Shown: positions 47,468-58,546, counted from the first letter of the stretch. The stretch is DNA of 64,000 nt from an uncultured Alphaproteobacteria bacterium (GCA_965603015.1 CBFDBJ010000008.1:160-64159); one strand, 5' to 3'. Program-made: numbers and translations. Notes: a model not told the origin generated them from the sequence alone.

Positions 47468-48178
47468 ATGTCTTTGAATAACGAAAACACGATGAGGTTG
47501 GTAGTGATGTTTGCTGCGGCCCTGTCACTATCAGCCTGTGGTTCTCTTCCCGTAACGTCCGATGGGCCGATGGTTACGCGACGCGGTCCGGTGGATAAAT
47601 TTCCGATCCAGGTCGCGGATGAAAAAGAAGAAATTACCCTGGTCATTGCGCCGCATGTCTTTGCCCTCAGCCAGGCCGACAAAAACCGTGTTGCTCTGCT
47701 GGCTGAATCCTACAAGCATGTCGGGCACGGTGATATCTGGGTGGTTGCGCCGACGGGATCTGCCAATTCGGCCTCTTCGATAGGGGCCGCTGCGGAAATC
47801 GCAAAGGTTATGGTTGATCAGGGTATTCGCCCGACCTCAATCAAAATGAATTCCTACCTTGCTGCCGAGACTGATGAAAGTGCGCCGGTGACAGTGCTCT
47901 TCAGACGGTATCATGCCTTCACAAGCAACTGTGGTCTGTGGAACCGGAATGTGGGGTTCACACCGACCAACCAGTCTTCGCCGAACCTGGGGTGCGCTAC
48001 GCAGTCCAACCTGGCGACGCTGGTTGAAGATCCGCGGGACTTGATTGAGCCGACGCGCATAGATCCGGCAGATCCGGCACGACGGGCGATGGTTTTCGAA
48101 AATTACAGAGCCGGCAATGTGACGACCAGTGAGCGGTCAGATCAGGAATCCGGCACTGTCAGTGACATCAGTGAATAG
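47468..48178 (+). CDS. cpaD: pilus assembly lipoprotein CpaD
   Basis: Lipobox LSLSAC, the size, its position between the secretin and cpaE, and the conserved C-terminal GCA...NLA.....P.DL pattern. Confidence 0.7.
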   Translation: MSLNNENTMRLVVMFAAALSLSACGSLPVTSDGPMVTRRGPVDKFPIQVADEKEEITLVIAPHVFALSQADKNRVALLAESYKHVGHGDIWVVAPTGSANSASSIGAAAEIAKVMVDQGIRPTSIKMNSYLAAETDESAPVTVLFRRYHAFTSNCGLWNRNVGFTPTNQSSPNLGCATQSNLATLVEDPRDLIEPTRIDPADPARRAMVFENYRAGNVTTSERSDQESGTVSDISE

Positions 48179-48205
48179 AGCTAAAAACCAGAGTGGAAAG
48201 TAAGC

Positions 48206-49630
48206 ATGGCCAAAAATGTAGATAACTCGGCACCAGTAGATGTTGATGTCGAAGATGTGTCAGAGCGCCAGGAACCTGCGCTTGATTTGCCGAGTCTGGA
48301 TGATACCCCGATACGATCTGAAGCGATTCAGCCCGAAGCGGTCCTGGATGCCGAGTTTGATGATGTGTCCCGGCAGGCCCCTGTGGTGGAGCCACAGAGC
48401 TCTTCACCGAAAGTGAATACACCGCTTCAGGATCGTCCTGTACCCCGCATCAGCATTGAGGCCTTTTGCAAGTCGCCAGAGAACGGGTCGGTTATGCAAC
48501 AGGTTGCCAGTGATCGGCGGTTGTCCCGAGCGCATGTGACGGTTCACATGGGCGGTATTCAAGCTGCAGTGCAACACTTTTCTGTGACACCAACGCCCAA
48601 CCTGATCCTCGTTGAAGCGACCCAGGACCATGACGCAATCTTCAAGGGTCTTGAGGAGCTGGCTGCCGTTTGTGATGCGGGTACCAAAGTCATTGTGATT
48701 GGCCAGGTCAATGATATCATTCTGTACCGCGAGCTCATTCGCCAGGGTGTTAGTGAATATCTGGTCGGCCCTCTTACTGTTCCACAGGTTATTGATGCCG
48801 TATCGACACTCTACGTCGATCCAGGTGCAACGCCGATCGGCCGTAGTCTCGTCTTTACCGGAGTCAAGGGTGGTGTCGGATCAAGTACTTTGTCGCACAA
48901 TGTGTCCTGGTGTATTGCGGAACGCATGCTTCATGACGTGACCCTCATCGACCTTGACCTGCCATTTGGTACAGCTGGCCTCGACTTCAATGAGGACCCG
49001 GCTCAGGGCGTCGCCGATGCGTTGATTGCGCCGGAACGTCTTGATGATCAATTGCTTGATCGCCTGCTTGTCAAATGTTCCGAGCATCTCAGTTTGTTTA
49101 CGTCGCCAGGTGTTCTCGACCGCGACTTTGAACTTGAGTCATCGGCTTTTGAAAATGTTCTGGACAGAGTTCGCTCAACGGTACCCTGCATGGTCGTTGA
49201 TCTGCCGCACATCTGGGTGCCCTGGACCCGGCATATCCTTTTGACAGCTGATGAGATTGTCATCACGGCAACACCGGATCTTTCCAGTCTCAGGAATACC
49301 AAAAATCTGGTCGACCTTCTAAAACAATCCCGGACATTTGATAACCCGCCGAAGCTTGTGCTGAACCAGACAGGTGTCGCCAAGCGGCCAGAGATATCCG
49401 AGAAGGAATTTGCCGAGGCTGTTGGTGTGCCAGTTGTGCTTTCGGTGCCGTTTGAGCCGCAGTTGTTTGGAACAGCCGCCAACAACGGCCAAATGGTCGC
49501 TGAAATGAAGCCCGATAGCAAGGTGACGCAAGGTTTGATCAGCCTTGCCGGATTGCTCACGCAGCGTGAACCTGTTGAGCAAAAGACCTCTACGCTTCAG
49601 AAGTTTATGGCCCAGCTCAAGGGAAAGTAA
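48206..49630 (+). CDS. cpaE: pilus assembly ATPase-like protein CpaE/TadZ (pseudo-receiver + MinD/ParA-like)
   Basis: An acidic N-terminal extension of about 90 aa, a receiver-like domain, then a deviant Walker A GVKGGVGSST. Confidence 0.85.
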   Translation: MAKNVDNSAPVDVDVEDVSERQEPALDLPSLDDTPIRSEAIQPEAVLDAEFDDVSRQAPVVEPQSSSPKVNTPLQDRPVPRISIEAFCKSPENGSVMQQVASDRRLSRAHVTVHMGGIQAAVQHFSVTPTPNLILVEATQDHDAIFKGLEELAAVCDAGTKVIVIGQVNDIILYRELIRQGVSEYLVGPLTVPQVIDAVSTLYVDPGATPIGRSLVFTGVKGGVGSSTLSHNVSWCIAERMLHDVTLIDLDLPFGTAGLDFNEDPAQGVADALIAPERLDDQLLDRLLVKCSEHLSLFTSPGVLDRDFELESSAFENVLDRVRSTVPCMVVDLPHIWVPWTRHILLTADEIVITATPDLSSLRNTKNLVDLLKQSRTFDNPPKLVLNQTGVAKRPEISEKEFAEAVGVPVVLSVPFEPQLFGTAANNGQMVAEMKPDSKVTQGLISLAGLLTQREPVEQKTSTLQKFMAQLKGK

Positions 49631-49642
49631 TTACGGGGATTT

Positions 49643-51103
49643 ATGTTCGGAAAACGCACTCCAGATGCCCCAGGGGGCGACCAGACCCGTTCGGTTCGCA
49701 AGAAGTCGGTCGAGGCGGGCGCTGGCGTGCCTGCCGAGGTCGAGGAGCTGGCTCCGCCGATTCCGGCGCCCAAACCTTCTCTTGAGAAAGACGCAACACC
49801 TGAGGATCCTTTTGTTGTCGAAGATCATTCGGAGGAGTATTTTCAGGTCAAATCGACGATCTTCAATGCGCTGATTGATACGATTGATCTGAGCCAGTTT
49901 GCCCAGTTGGACCAGGCAAGCGCGCGAGATGAAATTCGTGATATCGTTCAGGAAATCATTGCGATCAAGAATGTCGTCATGAGTATCGCCGAGCAGGAAA
50001 CTCTGCTGCAGGATATCTGCAACGATGTTCTTGGCTATGGACCGCTTGAGCCTCTGCTTGCTCGCGACGATATCTCGGATATCATGGTCAATGGCGCCGG
50101 GCGCGTCTACATCGAAGTCAACGGCAAGATCCAGGTCACAAACGTCCGGTTCCGGGACAATGGCCAATTGATGAATATCTGTCAGCGGATCGTGAGCCAG
50201 GTAGGTCGCCGGGTCGATGAGTCGAGCCCTATATGCGATGCGCGCTTGCTTGACGGTTCTCGGGTCAACGTTATTTCCGGCCCGCTCGCAATTGACGGCC
50301 CGGCGCTCACCATTCGGAAGTTCAAAAAAGACAAGCTCCAGATGCAGGACCTTGTAACCTTTGGCTCGATATCGCCTGAAGGTGCGACGGTTCTCAATAT
50401 TATTGGCGCGGTGCGTTGCAATGTCCTGATTTCCGGCGGTACCGGTTCAGGTAAAACGACGCTCCTGAACTGTATGACAGCCTTTATCGACGAGGACGAG
50501 CGGATCATTACCTGTGAGGATGCGGCGGAGCTTCAGTTGCAGCAGCCCCATGTTGTGCGTCTCGAAACCCGCCCGGCCAATCTTGAAGGTTCCGGTGAAA
50601 TAACCATGCGCGAACTGGTCAAGAACTGCCTTCGGATGCGTCCGGAGCGAATCATTGTTGGTGAAGTCCGGGGGCCTGAGGCCTTTGACCTTCTTCAGGC
50701 TATGAATACCGGTCATGACGGCTCGATGGGAACCCTGCACGCCAACTCGCCGCGTGAAGCGCTCAGTCGTCTCGAAAGCATGATTACGATGGGCGGCTTC
50801 AATTTGCCGTCAAAGACAATTCGCGACATGATTTGTGGTTCGATTGATATTGTTATTCAAGCGACGCGTCTGCGTGACGGATCGCGGCGTATTACTCATG
50901 TTACCGAGGTGCTGGGGACCGAGGGCGACGTCATTATCACACAGGATCTGTTTATCTTTGAAATGGATGGTGAGGATGAAGCTGGCAACGTTAAAGGTAG
51001 ACACAAATCGACCGGAATTGCGCGCCCGGCGTTCTGGGATCGCGCACGGTATTATGGCCGTGAGGCTGAACTTGCCATGGCGCTTGATGCGGCTGCTGAC
51101 TAG
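49643..51103 (+). CDS. cpaF: Flp pilus secretion ATPase CpaF/TadA
   Basis: Walker [10 protein letters not shown], the Asp box, Walker [10 protein letters not shown] and the His box [13 protein letters not shown]. Confidence 0.95.
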   Translation: MFGKRTPDAPGGDQTRSVRKKSVEAGAGVPAEVEELAPPIPAPKPSLEKDATPEDPFVVEDHSEEYFQVKSTIFNALIDTIDLSQFAQLDQASARDEIRDIVQEIIAIKNVVMSIAEQETLLQDICNDVLGYGPLEPLLARDDISDIMVNGAGRVYIEVNGKIQVTNVRFRDNGQLMNICQRIVSQVGRRVDESSPICDARLLDGSRVNVISGPLAIDGPALTIRKFKKDKLQMQDLVTFGSISPEGATVLNIIGAVRCNVLISGGTGSGKTTLLNCMTAFIDEDERIITCEDAAELQLQQPHVVRLETRPANLEGSGEITMRELVKNCLRMRPERIIVGEVRGPEAFDLLQAMNTGHDGSMGTLHANSPREALSRLESMITMGGFNLPSKTIRDMICGSIDIVIQATRLRDGSRRITHVTEVLGTEGDVIITQDLFIFEMDGEDEAGNVKGRHKSTGIARPAFWDRARYYGREAELAMALDAAAD

Positions 51104-51140
51104 GGCAGCATTGTGAGCTGAAAGAGAATGAGGAATTCGA

Positions 51141-52133
51141 ATGTCATCATCTGATATCACCTTTATCTTTGTGATCCTGACAGGCACAGTCAGTGTTCTG
51201 GCTCTGGGCTACGTGTTCTTTGGACAGGCGGCCACCGCCCGGGCCAAGACGTCGAAGCGCCTGCAGGCCATAGCGCAACCGGGTAAGGAAAAGAAATCCC
51301 GGTTTAGCGGCGATGCCATCAAGGAGCGCCGCAAGGCTGTTCAGGATACACTTGATGAGCTGGAGGAGCGCCAGAAGGAGCAAAAGCAAAGACTGTCGCT
51401 CAGAGTGCAAATTGATCAGGCGGGACTTGAGATTTCCGAACGAACGTTCTGGATCATGTCCGCAGGGTGTGGTGCCGTTCTTGCCGCGCTTATTTCTGTT
51501 ACGGGGCAAGGTCCCATCGCTATTGCCCTCGGAGGTCTTGTTGGTGTCATTGGACTACCGCGCTGGGTTCTTTCCTTCCTGCGCACGAGGCGTCAGAAAA
51601 AGTTCACCGAAGAGTTTGCCAATGCGCTTGATGTGATTGTGCGCGGTGTAAAGTCCGGCTTGCCGCTCAATGAATGCCTCAAGATTATTGCGCATGAGTC
51701 CGCGCAACCGGTTCGTGGTGAGTTTGCTCTTGTGACGGACGGGCAAAAGGTCGGCATACCTCTGGAGCAGTCGCTGCAAATGCTGTTTGAGCGGATGCCG
51801 ATTGCCGAGGTTAATTTCTTCATGATTGTGCTGATTATTCAACAATCTGCGGGCGGTAATCTATCCGAGGCTCTTGGCAATCTTTCCGATGTTCTGAGAT
51901 CTCGCAAACAGATGCGCGCAAAAATCCAGGCTATGTCGTCTGAGGCCAAATCCTCTGCCATGATTATTGGGTCTCTGCCGCCGGGTGTTGCCGGTCTGGT
52001 TTATATGACGTCGCCGGAGTATATGATTACCTTGTTCACGTCCGAGCCCGGGCACATAATGCTGGGTCTGAGCGCGGTGTGGATGTCGACCGGTATTCTT
52101 GTGATGCGCAAGATGATCAATTTCAACTTTTAG
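51141..52133 (+). CDS. tadB: type II secretion F-family platform protein TadB
   Basis: GspF-like domain with TM segments, and its position after cpaF. Confidence 0.88.
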   Translation: MSSSDITFIFVILTGTVSVLALGYVFFGQAATARAKTSKRLQAIAQPGKEKKSRFSGDAIKERRKAVQDTLDELEERQKEQKQRLSLRVQIDQAGLEISERTFWIMSAGCGAVLAALISVTGQGPIAIALGGLVGVIGLPRWVLSFLRTRRQKKFTEEFANALDVIVRGVKSGLPLNECLKIIAHESAQPVRGEFALVTDGQKVGIPLEQSLQMLFERMPIAEVNFFMIVLIIQQSAGGNLSEALGNLSDVLRSRKQMRAKIQAMSSEAKSSAMIIGSLPPGVAGLVYMTSPEYMITLFTSEPGHIMLGLSAVWMSTGILVMRKMINFNF

Positions 52134-52147
52134 TGACAGGTTTTTCG

Positions 52148-53119
52148 ATGGGACGTTTGATCAATTTCTTTTATGACCCTCAGCTTCTGTTGACGCTGCT
52201 TGTTGCGGTCGCGGCTTTCGCTTCAATCATAACCATTGCGATGCCATGGCTGGCGCGTGACAAGTTGAATGACCGCCTTAAGTCCGTTGCCAATCGGCGC
52301 GAGGAGCTGCGCAAGCAGCAGCGGCAGGAATTGTCAAAGACGAAGACCGGAGCGCGGTTGCGGCACAAGTCAGACGGGTTCTACAAGGAATTTGTTGAAA
52401 GGCTCAATCTGCGGGAAATTCTTGAGGGTCCGGAAACAAGAATGAGGCTGGCGCAAGCCGGTTTTCGTGGGCCAGGGCCGGTTTTTACTTTTGTCTTTTT
52501 CCGTGTCGTTATGCCGCCGGTCGTGTTTGCCCTGGTGCTCGCCTATCTGTTTCTCCTGAACGATTTTGGCTATCCTGTCGGAAAGCGCTTTTTGATGGCG
52601 GGCGGCGGGGCTGTCTTCGGGTTTTTCCTGCCGAATATCTTTATCAAGAACCTGGCTCAGCGCCGTCAGGAAACTATTTTTGCATCGTTTCCCGATGCCC
52701 TCGATCTGCTTCTCATCTGTGTGGAGTCAGGCATGTCCATTGAAGCGGCCTTCGCTAAAGTGACTCAGGAGATCGGCGCGCAATCTGTCCCGCTGGCAGA
52801 AGAGCTTGGTCTGACGACGGCTGAACTGTCGTATTTGCCAGAGCGCCGTATGGCCTACGAAAATCTTGGTGAGCGGACGGGCCATCCTGGTATCAAGGCG
52901 GTCTGTACATCGCTTATTCAGGCGGAGCGCTACGGGACACCCGTCGGGCAGGCCCTGCGTGTTATGGCGCAGGAAAACCGGCAAATGCGGATGAATATCG
53001 CGGAGAAGAAGGCGGCCTCGCTGCCTGCCAAACTGACCGTGCCCATGATTGCGTTTTTCCTGCCGGTCCTTTTTGTGGTGATTTTGGGACCTGCAGCTAT
53101 CAAATTGATGTGGAGTTGA
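52148..53119 (+). CDS. tadC: type II secretion F-family platform protein TadC
   Basis: A second GspF-like membrane protein. The start is set at the ATG at 52148. Confidence 0.88.
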   Translation: MGRLINFFYDPQLLLTLLVAVAAFASIITIAMPWLARDKLNDRLKSVANRREELRKQQRQELSKTKTGARLRHKSDGFYKEFVERLNLREILEGPETRMRLAQAGFRGPGPVFTFVFFRVVMPPVVFALVLAYLFLLNDFGYPVGKRFLMAGGGAVFGFFLPNIFIKNLAQRRQETIFASFPDALDLLLICVESGMSIEAAFAKVTQEIGAQSVPLAEELGLTTAELSYLPERRMAYENLGERTGHPGIKAVCTSLIQAERYGTPVGQALRVMAQENRQMRMNIAEKKAASLPAKLTVPMIAFFLPVLFVVILGPAAIKLMWS

Positions 53120-53163
53120 TCGGTCCTGCCACGAGGCGGACCTGGACTTTGCCATGCCAAATG

Positions 53164-53203
53164 AAAAAACCCGCCTGAGGTCTTTGCCTCAGGCGGTTTT
53201 TTT
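53164..53203. terminator. bidirectional rho-independent terminator
   Basis: aaaaaa-cccgcctgagg-tctttg-cctcaggcgg-ttttttt, between convergent tadC and the TPR gene. Confidence 0.75.
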
Positions 53204-53226
53204 ATCTTTCCTTCAAGTAAGCCCCG

Positions 53227-54075
53227 TCAGGACGGCATGTTTTCTGGCATGGTGGCATCGTAGTCGCCGTCTGTCGGGCGGCGCCAGCGCGCAGGCTGTG
53301 TCAGGAGGGACCGCAGATAGGCCATGTTTTCCTCGACGGTTGCCGGTGGCAGGTAGGCGCGGGCGATGCGCTCGGATTCTTCAAAGTCGCCCTTGAGACC
53401 AACGATGAGGGCAAGGTTGAGATTGACCTCACTGGTCGCGTCAGGATGGGTAACCGCCCTGCGGAGCATATTCTCGGCTTCGCCAAGGCGCCCTTGCGTG
53501 GCAAGTGACAGACCGTAGTTGGCCAGGACAACGGGATTGCCCGGCGAATAGGTCAGGGCCATTTGATAGGCATCCTGAGCCTTTTGATGGTCTGCCAACT
53601 GATCCAGAGCAATGCCGCGCGCCGACATGATGCTCCAGTCAGACGGTAGCTTGCTTGACGCCTGTTCGAGCAGTTTCAGTCCTTCTTTCGGTGATCCACG
53701 TTCGATCAACGTCTTGCCCATTTCGGACAGCAGATAGGGGTCATTGGCGGCGACAGCGGTTGCACGCAGCAAGACACCGAGGGACTCGTCATATTTCTTC
53801 TCTCTGCGCAATTGACGCGAAAGGCCGACGGCCGCGTTGATGTCGTGTGGATTGGCCTTGAATCTTTCGGCCCAGCGCTGCACGGCCGGAGACGTCGGGG
53901 TCTTTTGGGAGGTTTCGGAATATCGAGGCGCGTCGAGGGACGCCATGTCGTTACTTTGCGTCGTCTGGCAGGCGCTCACCGCCAGGCAGGCAACAGCTAA
54001 TGCTGCCCCGCGAAAGATCCTGGTGCTGCCGAGAAGGTCGGTTTTGAAATTTTGCGCCATGCCTGGTCCGATCAC
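53227..54075 (-). CDS. TPR-repeat lipoprotein, TadD-like
   Basis: Lipobox AVSAC, multiple TPR repeats, and adjacency to the tad genes. Confidence 0.7.
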   Translation of the reverse strand: MIGPGMAQNFKTDLLGSTRIFRGAALAVACLAVSACQTTQSNDMASLDAPRYSETSQKTPTSPAVQRWAERFKANPHDINAAVGLSRQLRREKKYDESLGVLLRATAVAANDPYLLSEMGKTLIERGSPKEGLKLLEQASSKLPSDWSIMSARGIALDQLADHQKAQDAYQMALTYSPGNPVVLANYGLSLATQGRLGEAENMLRRAVTHPDATSEVNLNLALIVGLKGDFEESERIARAYLPPATVEENMAYLRSLLTQPARWRRPTDGDYDATMPENMPS

Positions 54076-54266
54076 AATGATTTACCTTAACAAAGAGTAT
54101 CCCAGCCAAATTCCAACAAACCTTTAATTCTATTGAAGAATTTTGAGAATTTGCCATATGATCCGAGGCGATAAATTCGTCGCGGAAGACCTGTCTGGTC
54201 AACCGGTATGGCGACGATGGGGAAGGTTGAAGCGGGTCTTTCAGAGAGCTACTGTGACGATCTATT

Positions 54267-55694
54267 GTGCCCCTGACCGTTTTGGAAAAGAAAGAATGCC
54301 CCGTGCTTGAAATATTTGCCAGCCGCAGCGATGCTGCCCACATCGTTCACCTTGTCTCGTCAGATCAATCGGCATCCGATCTTGAAGGCTTGCCTGCACA
54401 GGCAAAGACCTTTGCCGGTGTTGCGGGCTTTGTCGGAGAGTCCGGGCGCATTCTTTATGTCCCGGCTGACGACGGCACTCTTGCACGCGTGCTCTACGGC
54501 ATCGGAGATGGACGCGACCCATTCATCCTTGCAGGTCTGTCCAGTGCGCTCGTCCCGGGCGACTATGAACTTGCAGGACTGAAAGACGAAGAGGGTGCCA
54601 GGGCGGCTCTGGCCTGGGCCTTTGGGGCCTATGACTTTGATGTCTACAAATCGTCCAACAGGGCTTCGGCGAAAAAAGATGGCGCCCTGGCGCGCCTCGT
54701 CTTGCCTCAGGGCGTTGATGGAGAGAGGGTTTCGATTGTCGCACGCGGCGCCGCGCTCGCCCGGGACCTTGTGAATACGCCGTCGAGTGATATGGGGCCG
54801 GAGGAGCTGGCCGGCGCTGCCGAAGCGCTTGCGGCGCGATGCGGTGCGCAACTGGTCGTGACGGTCGGGGATGATTTGCTCACAGAAAATCATCCCATGA
54901 TTCATGCGGTCGGCCGTGCCTCTGACCGGCTTCCCCGGCTGATCGATATGCACTGGGGCGATGAACGTGCTGCGAAGATTACCCTTGTTGGTAAAGGGGT
55001 TTGTTTCGATACCGGTGGTCTCAATCTGAAGCCTGGCGGCTCGATGGCCCTGATGAAAAAGGATATGGGCGGCGCGGCGAATGTCCTTGGTCTTGCTTCC
55101 ATGATTATGGAGGCCAACTTAAATGTTCGCCTCAGGGTCCTTGTTCCGGCGGTTGAAAATTCAATTTCCGGAAATGCCTTTCGCCCCGGCGACGTTCTGA
55201 AAAGTCGCAAGGGTCTTTCGGTCGAGATCGGCAATACCGATGCCGAGGGTCGGCTGGTGCTGGGTGATGCGTTGACGCTTGGCTGTGAGGATAAACCTGA
55301 CCTGCTTGTTGATATGGCGACCCTTACCGGCGCGGCCCGGGTTGCGCTTGGTCCGGAGCTGCCGCCGTTCTATACAGATGATGAGGCGCTGGCTGCAGAA
55401 ATTTCCAAAGCTGCAGGCGATGTGGACGATCCGGTGTGGCGCATGCCGTTGTGGCAGCCCTATGCGGATGGGCTGAAGTCACAGGTCGCGGATATCAATC
55501 ACATAACAAAAGATGGTTTTGCCGGTTCGGTTACGGCGGCGCTGTTCCTGCAAAAGTTCGTCGAGCCGGAGATCTCGTGGGTGCATTTTGATATTTTCGG
55601 ATGGAACCCGAGTGCGCGCCCCGGGCGCAAGATCGGCGGCGAGGCACAGGCCATTCGGGCGCTGTTTGACCTTTTGTCCAGACGTTATGGTTAA
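54267..55694 (+). CDS. M17 leucyl aminopeptidase family protein
   Basis: VGKGVCFDTGG, MKKDMGGAA and NTDAEGRLVL metal-ligand motifs. Confidence 0.88.
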   Translation: MPLTVLEKKECPVLEIFASRSDAAHIVHLVSSDQSASDLEGLPAQAKTFAGVAGFVGESGRILYVPADDGTLARVLYGIGDGRDPFILAGLSSALVPGDYELAGLKDEEGARAALAWAFGAYDFDVYKSSNRASAKKDGALARLVLPQGVDGERVSIVARGAALARDLVNTPSSDMGPEELAGAAEALAARCGAQLVVTVGDDLLTENHPMIHAVGRASDRLPRLIDMHWGDERAAKITLVGKGVCFDTGGLNLKPGGSMALMKKDMGGAANVLGLASMIMEANLNVRLRVLVPAVENSISGNAFRPGDVLKSRKGLSVEIGNTDAEGRLVLGDALTLGCEDKPDLLVDMATLTGAARVALGPELPPFYTDDEALAAEISKAAGDVDDPVWRMPLWQPYADGLKSQVADINHITKDGFAGSVTAALFLQKFVEPEISWVHFDIFGWNPSARPGRKIGGEAQAIRALFDLLSRRYG

Positions 55695-55770
55695 AAGCTG
55701 TTAACCGGTTCTTCACCTTGGGAGCCTAGCCTGTCGAAACGGTTGCGAAACGTCTTTAGAGGCCCCTCCC

Positions 55771-56127
55771 ATGGAAATGCAGGAAAACACAGCACTTGAA
55801 GCGCTCGGGTTCTGGCGCTCGGTAACACTGGAATCGGTTCGCCGCGAGGCACCGGACCTGACTGCCAGACAGATGGCCTTGTTGCTGACGGTCTATCTGA
55901 CCGAGGCGCCGCACACAGTGCGCGGCCTTGCCGGTCAGCTTAAAGCGTCAAAGCCGGCCATCACCCGGGCACTGGATACACTGGGGCAGATGGGTCTGGT
56001 CAAGCGCAAGCGCGATGACGCCGACAAGCGTAATGTGCTGGTCCAGAGAACCGTCCAGGGCTCGGTTTATCTGCGTGATTTTGCCGACATCATCCAGTCC
56101 GGTGCAACCCTGGCTGTCCCGCAATAG
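55771..56127 (+). CDS. MarR-family transcriptional regulator
   Basis: 118-aa winged-HTH protein (LTARQMALLL......TVRGLAGQL..SKPAITRALD.L...GLV.R..D..D.R). Confidence 0.8.
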   Translation: MEMQENTALEALGFWRSVTLESVRREAPDLTARQMALLLTVYLTEAPHTVRGLAGQLKASKPAITRALDTLGQMGLVKRKRDDADKRNVLVQRTVQGSVYLRDFADIIQSGATLAVPQ

Positions 56128-56137
56128 GGCTCCTGTT

Positions 56138-56707
56138 TTATTGAAGCGTCTTCACAAAGGCGATGACGTCGGCTCGTTCCTGTTCTTTTTTGGTCTTCAG
56201 GCTCATTTTCGAGCCCTTCACAAAAGCCTTCGGGTCGGCCAGGAACGTATCAAGATCTGCATCTGACCAGGCGCCGCCCATTGCCTTGATATTGGCGGAG
56301 TACTTGTAGCCTTCCGCCGCGGCGCGGCCGCGAACCATTACACCAAACAGATTTGGGCCAACCTTGTGGCCTTCACCGGATCCGAACGTGTGGCAGGTGC
56401 CGCACTTCTTTTTGGCTGTCTTGGCGCCTGCAGCAGCATCGCCGACCAGAGCGGCCACGACTTCGGCAGCATGTTCGCCTGTCATGTCATCCGCTGCCCC
56501 GTCTTCATGGTCGGTATTGGCCTGATGATCCATCGGCTCGTGAGCGGTGTCGCCCATACCGGCATCACCCGCATCAGCGACATGTTCGGTGGTAGCGTGC
56601 TCGCCGCTGGAGCCTCCCAGCATGTCGCCAATCAGATTGATGCTGAAAATTCCGAGATAGGCAAAGCCAAGGGCCATCCCGATTTTGATCCAAAGTGGTG
56701 TATGCAT
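56138..56707 (-). CDS. membrane-anchored class I cytochrome c (CycM-like)
   Basis: An N-terminal TM helix, an acidic/His-rich linker, then a mitochondrial-type cytochrome c domain (CGTCHTF...GPNL...M). The start is set at 56707 with a GGAGAG RBS. Confidence 0.8.
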   Translation of the reverse strand: MHTPLWIKIGMALGFAYLGIFSINLIGDMLGGSSGEHATTEHVADAGDAGMGDTAHEPMDHQANTDHEDGAADDMTGEHAAEVVAALVGDAAAGAKTAKKKCGTCHTFGSGEGHKVGPNLFGVMVRGRAAAEGYKYSANIKAMGGAWSDADLDTFLADPKAFVKGSKMSLKTKKEQERADVIAFVKTLQ

Positions 56708-56862
56708 GAAGTCTCTCCGGCCTGAATTCTTGAGCAGAATTGTATTATTTGCGCGGGCGCGCGCGATTTGTGATAGTGCGGCGCGGAATGTAACGACAGG
56801 AGCCTCCTGAAGCAAGCCCGGATGGGACGCTAATCTTGCAGGATCAGGGCGGAATTGAGCCG

Positions 56863-57600
56863 ATGAACCCGATTGTGATTATACCGGCGCGGCTGGCCTC
56901 GACCCGGCTGCCCGACAAGCCGCTGGCCGATATCGGCGGCGCGCCGATGATTGTCCAGGTGGTGCGCCGGGCCGAAGAGGCCGGGCTTGGCCCGGTCTTT
57001 GTGGCGGCGGGCGACGCGGCCATTGTGGATGCCGTCGAGGCTGCGGGCGGACGGGCGATCTTGACAGACCCGGATTTACCCTCCGGCTCGGACAGGATCT
57101 GGCAGGCGCTGCAGAGGATTGACCCGGACGGCGCGCACGATGTGATTATCAATCTGCAGGGCGACCTGCCGACGATTTCATCGCCAGTGCTGAAGGCGAT
57201 CATGGAGCCGCTGCAAGACCCTTGCGTCGATATTGCAACCCTGGTGGCCGAGATCACCGATCCTGAAGAGGCGACCAACCCGAATGTCTGCAAGGCGATT
57301 GTCTCAAGAGTTGAGGGTAGTGCGTCGGGGCGGGCGCTCTATTTTACCCGCGCGACGGCGCCGAGCGGCGACGGGCCGCTCTATCATCACATCGGGATCT
57401 ACGGCTATCGACGCGCGGCGCTTGAGCGGTTTGTTTCGCTGCCGCCATCGCCGCTGGAAAAGCGCGAGCGGCTTGAGCAATTGCGCGCGCTTGAAGACGG
57501 CATGACGGTCGGTGTCAGGATTGTTGATGAGGTGCCGGCCGGGGTGGATACCGAAGACGACCTTGCCAGGGCGAGACGGGAAATTGTGCGGTTCGCATAA
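56863..57600 (+). CDS. kdsB: 3-deoxy-manno-octulosonate cytidylyltransferase
   Basis: [23 protein letters not shown] and GIYGYR motifs. The start is set at the ATG at 56863. Confidence 0.9.
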   Translation: MNPIVIIPARLASTRLPDKPLADIGGAPMIVQVVRRAEEAGLGPVFVAAGDAAIVDAVEAAGGRAILTDPDLPSGSDRIWQALQRIDPDGAHDVIINLQGDLPTISSPVLKAIMEPLQDPCVDIATLVAEITDPEEATNPNVCKAIVSRVEGSASGRALYFTRATAPSGDGPLYHHIGIYGYRRAALERFVSLPPSPLEKRERLEQLRALEDGMTVGVRIVDEVPAGVDTEDDLARARREIVRFA

Positions 57601-57625
57601 GAAAAGAAAGTGAAGGAGTATCGAC

Positions 57626-58462
57626 GTGGACAAGATCGCGTTTCAGGGTGAACTCGGGGCCAACTCGGATATGGCCTGCCGGAAGTATTTCCCGGATATG
57701 GAGCCGATGCCGTGCCAGACCTTTCAGGCGGCGCTGGATGCGATCCAGTCCGGGGTTGCCAAATATGGCATGATCCCGGTGGAAAACTCGGTTGCGGGCC
57801 GGGTCGCGGATATCCATCACCTGTTGCCACAGGTTAAACTCTTCATTGTCGGCGAGCGGTTTGCGCCGATTAATCATCAGTTGATGGGGGTCCCCGGGGC
57901 CGACCCGAAGGGCTTTAAAACGGTGATTTCCCACGTCCATGCGCTGGGCCAGTGCCGGGTGAAAATTGGTCAAAGGGGTCTTAAACCTGTGGTCGTGCTG
58001 GATACGGCCGGCGCGGCGCGGGAGGTTTCAGAGACCAAAGACCCGACCCTTGTTGCCATTGCCTCATCGCTTGCTGCTGAAATTTACGGCTTGCAGGTCT
58101 TTGAAAATGAAATGGAAGACGCGGTCCACAATACGACGCGGTTCCTTGTTATGGCGAGCGAGCCTGATGACGCAGAACCTGAAGTCGAAAAGGTCATGAC
58201 ATCGATTATATTCCGGGTAAGGAATGTACCGGCCTCGCTCTACAAGGCGCTCGGAGGCTTTGCCACCAACGGCGTCAATGTTACCAAGCTTGAAAGCTAT
58301 CAAATCGAGGGCAGCTTCAACGCGACGCAGTTTTATGCCGACGTTTCGGGTCATCCGTCTGACCGGTCCGTGCGACTGGCGCTGGAGGAGCTGAAGTTCT
58401 TTACATCAGAACTGACGGTGCTCGGGGTCTATCCGGCCGATCCGTTCCGGGATCAAATGTAA
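57626..58462 (+). CDS. pheA: prephenate dehydratase
   Basis: IAFQGELGANS, the TRF motif (NTTRFLV) and an ACT domain with ESYQ. GTG start. Confidence 0.9.
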   Translation: MDKIAFQGELGANSDMACRKYFPDMEPMPCQTFQAALDAIQSGVAKYGMIPVENSVAGRVADIHHLLPQVKLFIVGERFAPINHQLMGVPGADPKGFKTVISHVHALGQCRVKIGQRGLKPVVVLDTAGAAREVSETKDPTLVAIASSLAAEIYGLQVFENEMEDAVHNTTRFLVMASEPDDAEPEVEKVMTSIIFRVRNVPASLYKALGGFATNGVNVTKLESYQIEGSFNATQFYADVSGHPSDRSVRLALEELKFFTSELTVLGVYPADPFRDQM

Positions 58463-58546
58463 GGCGGAGAATGGTCCGCTTCCTGGGTCTTGACGTTTTC
58501 CCCGAGGCAGGCAAGCCTGTGAAAATCAGGAAAAGGTCATTTGTGC

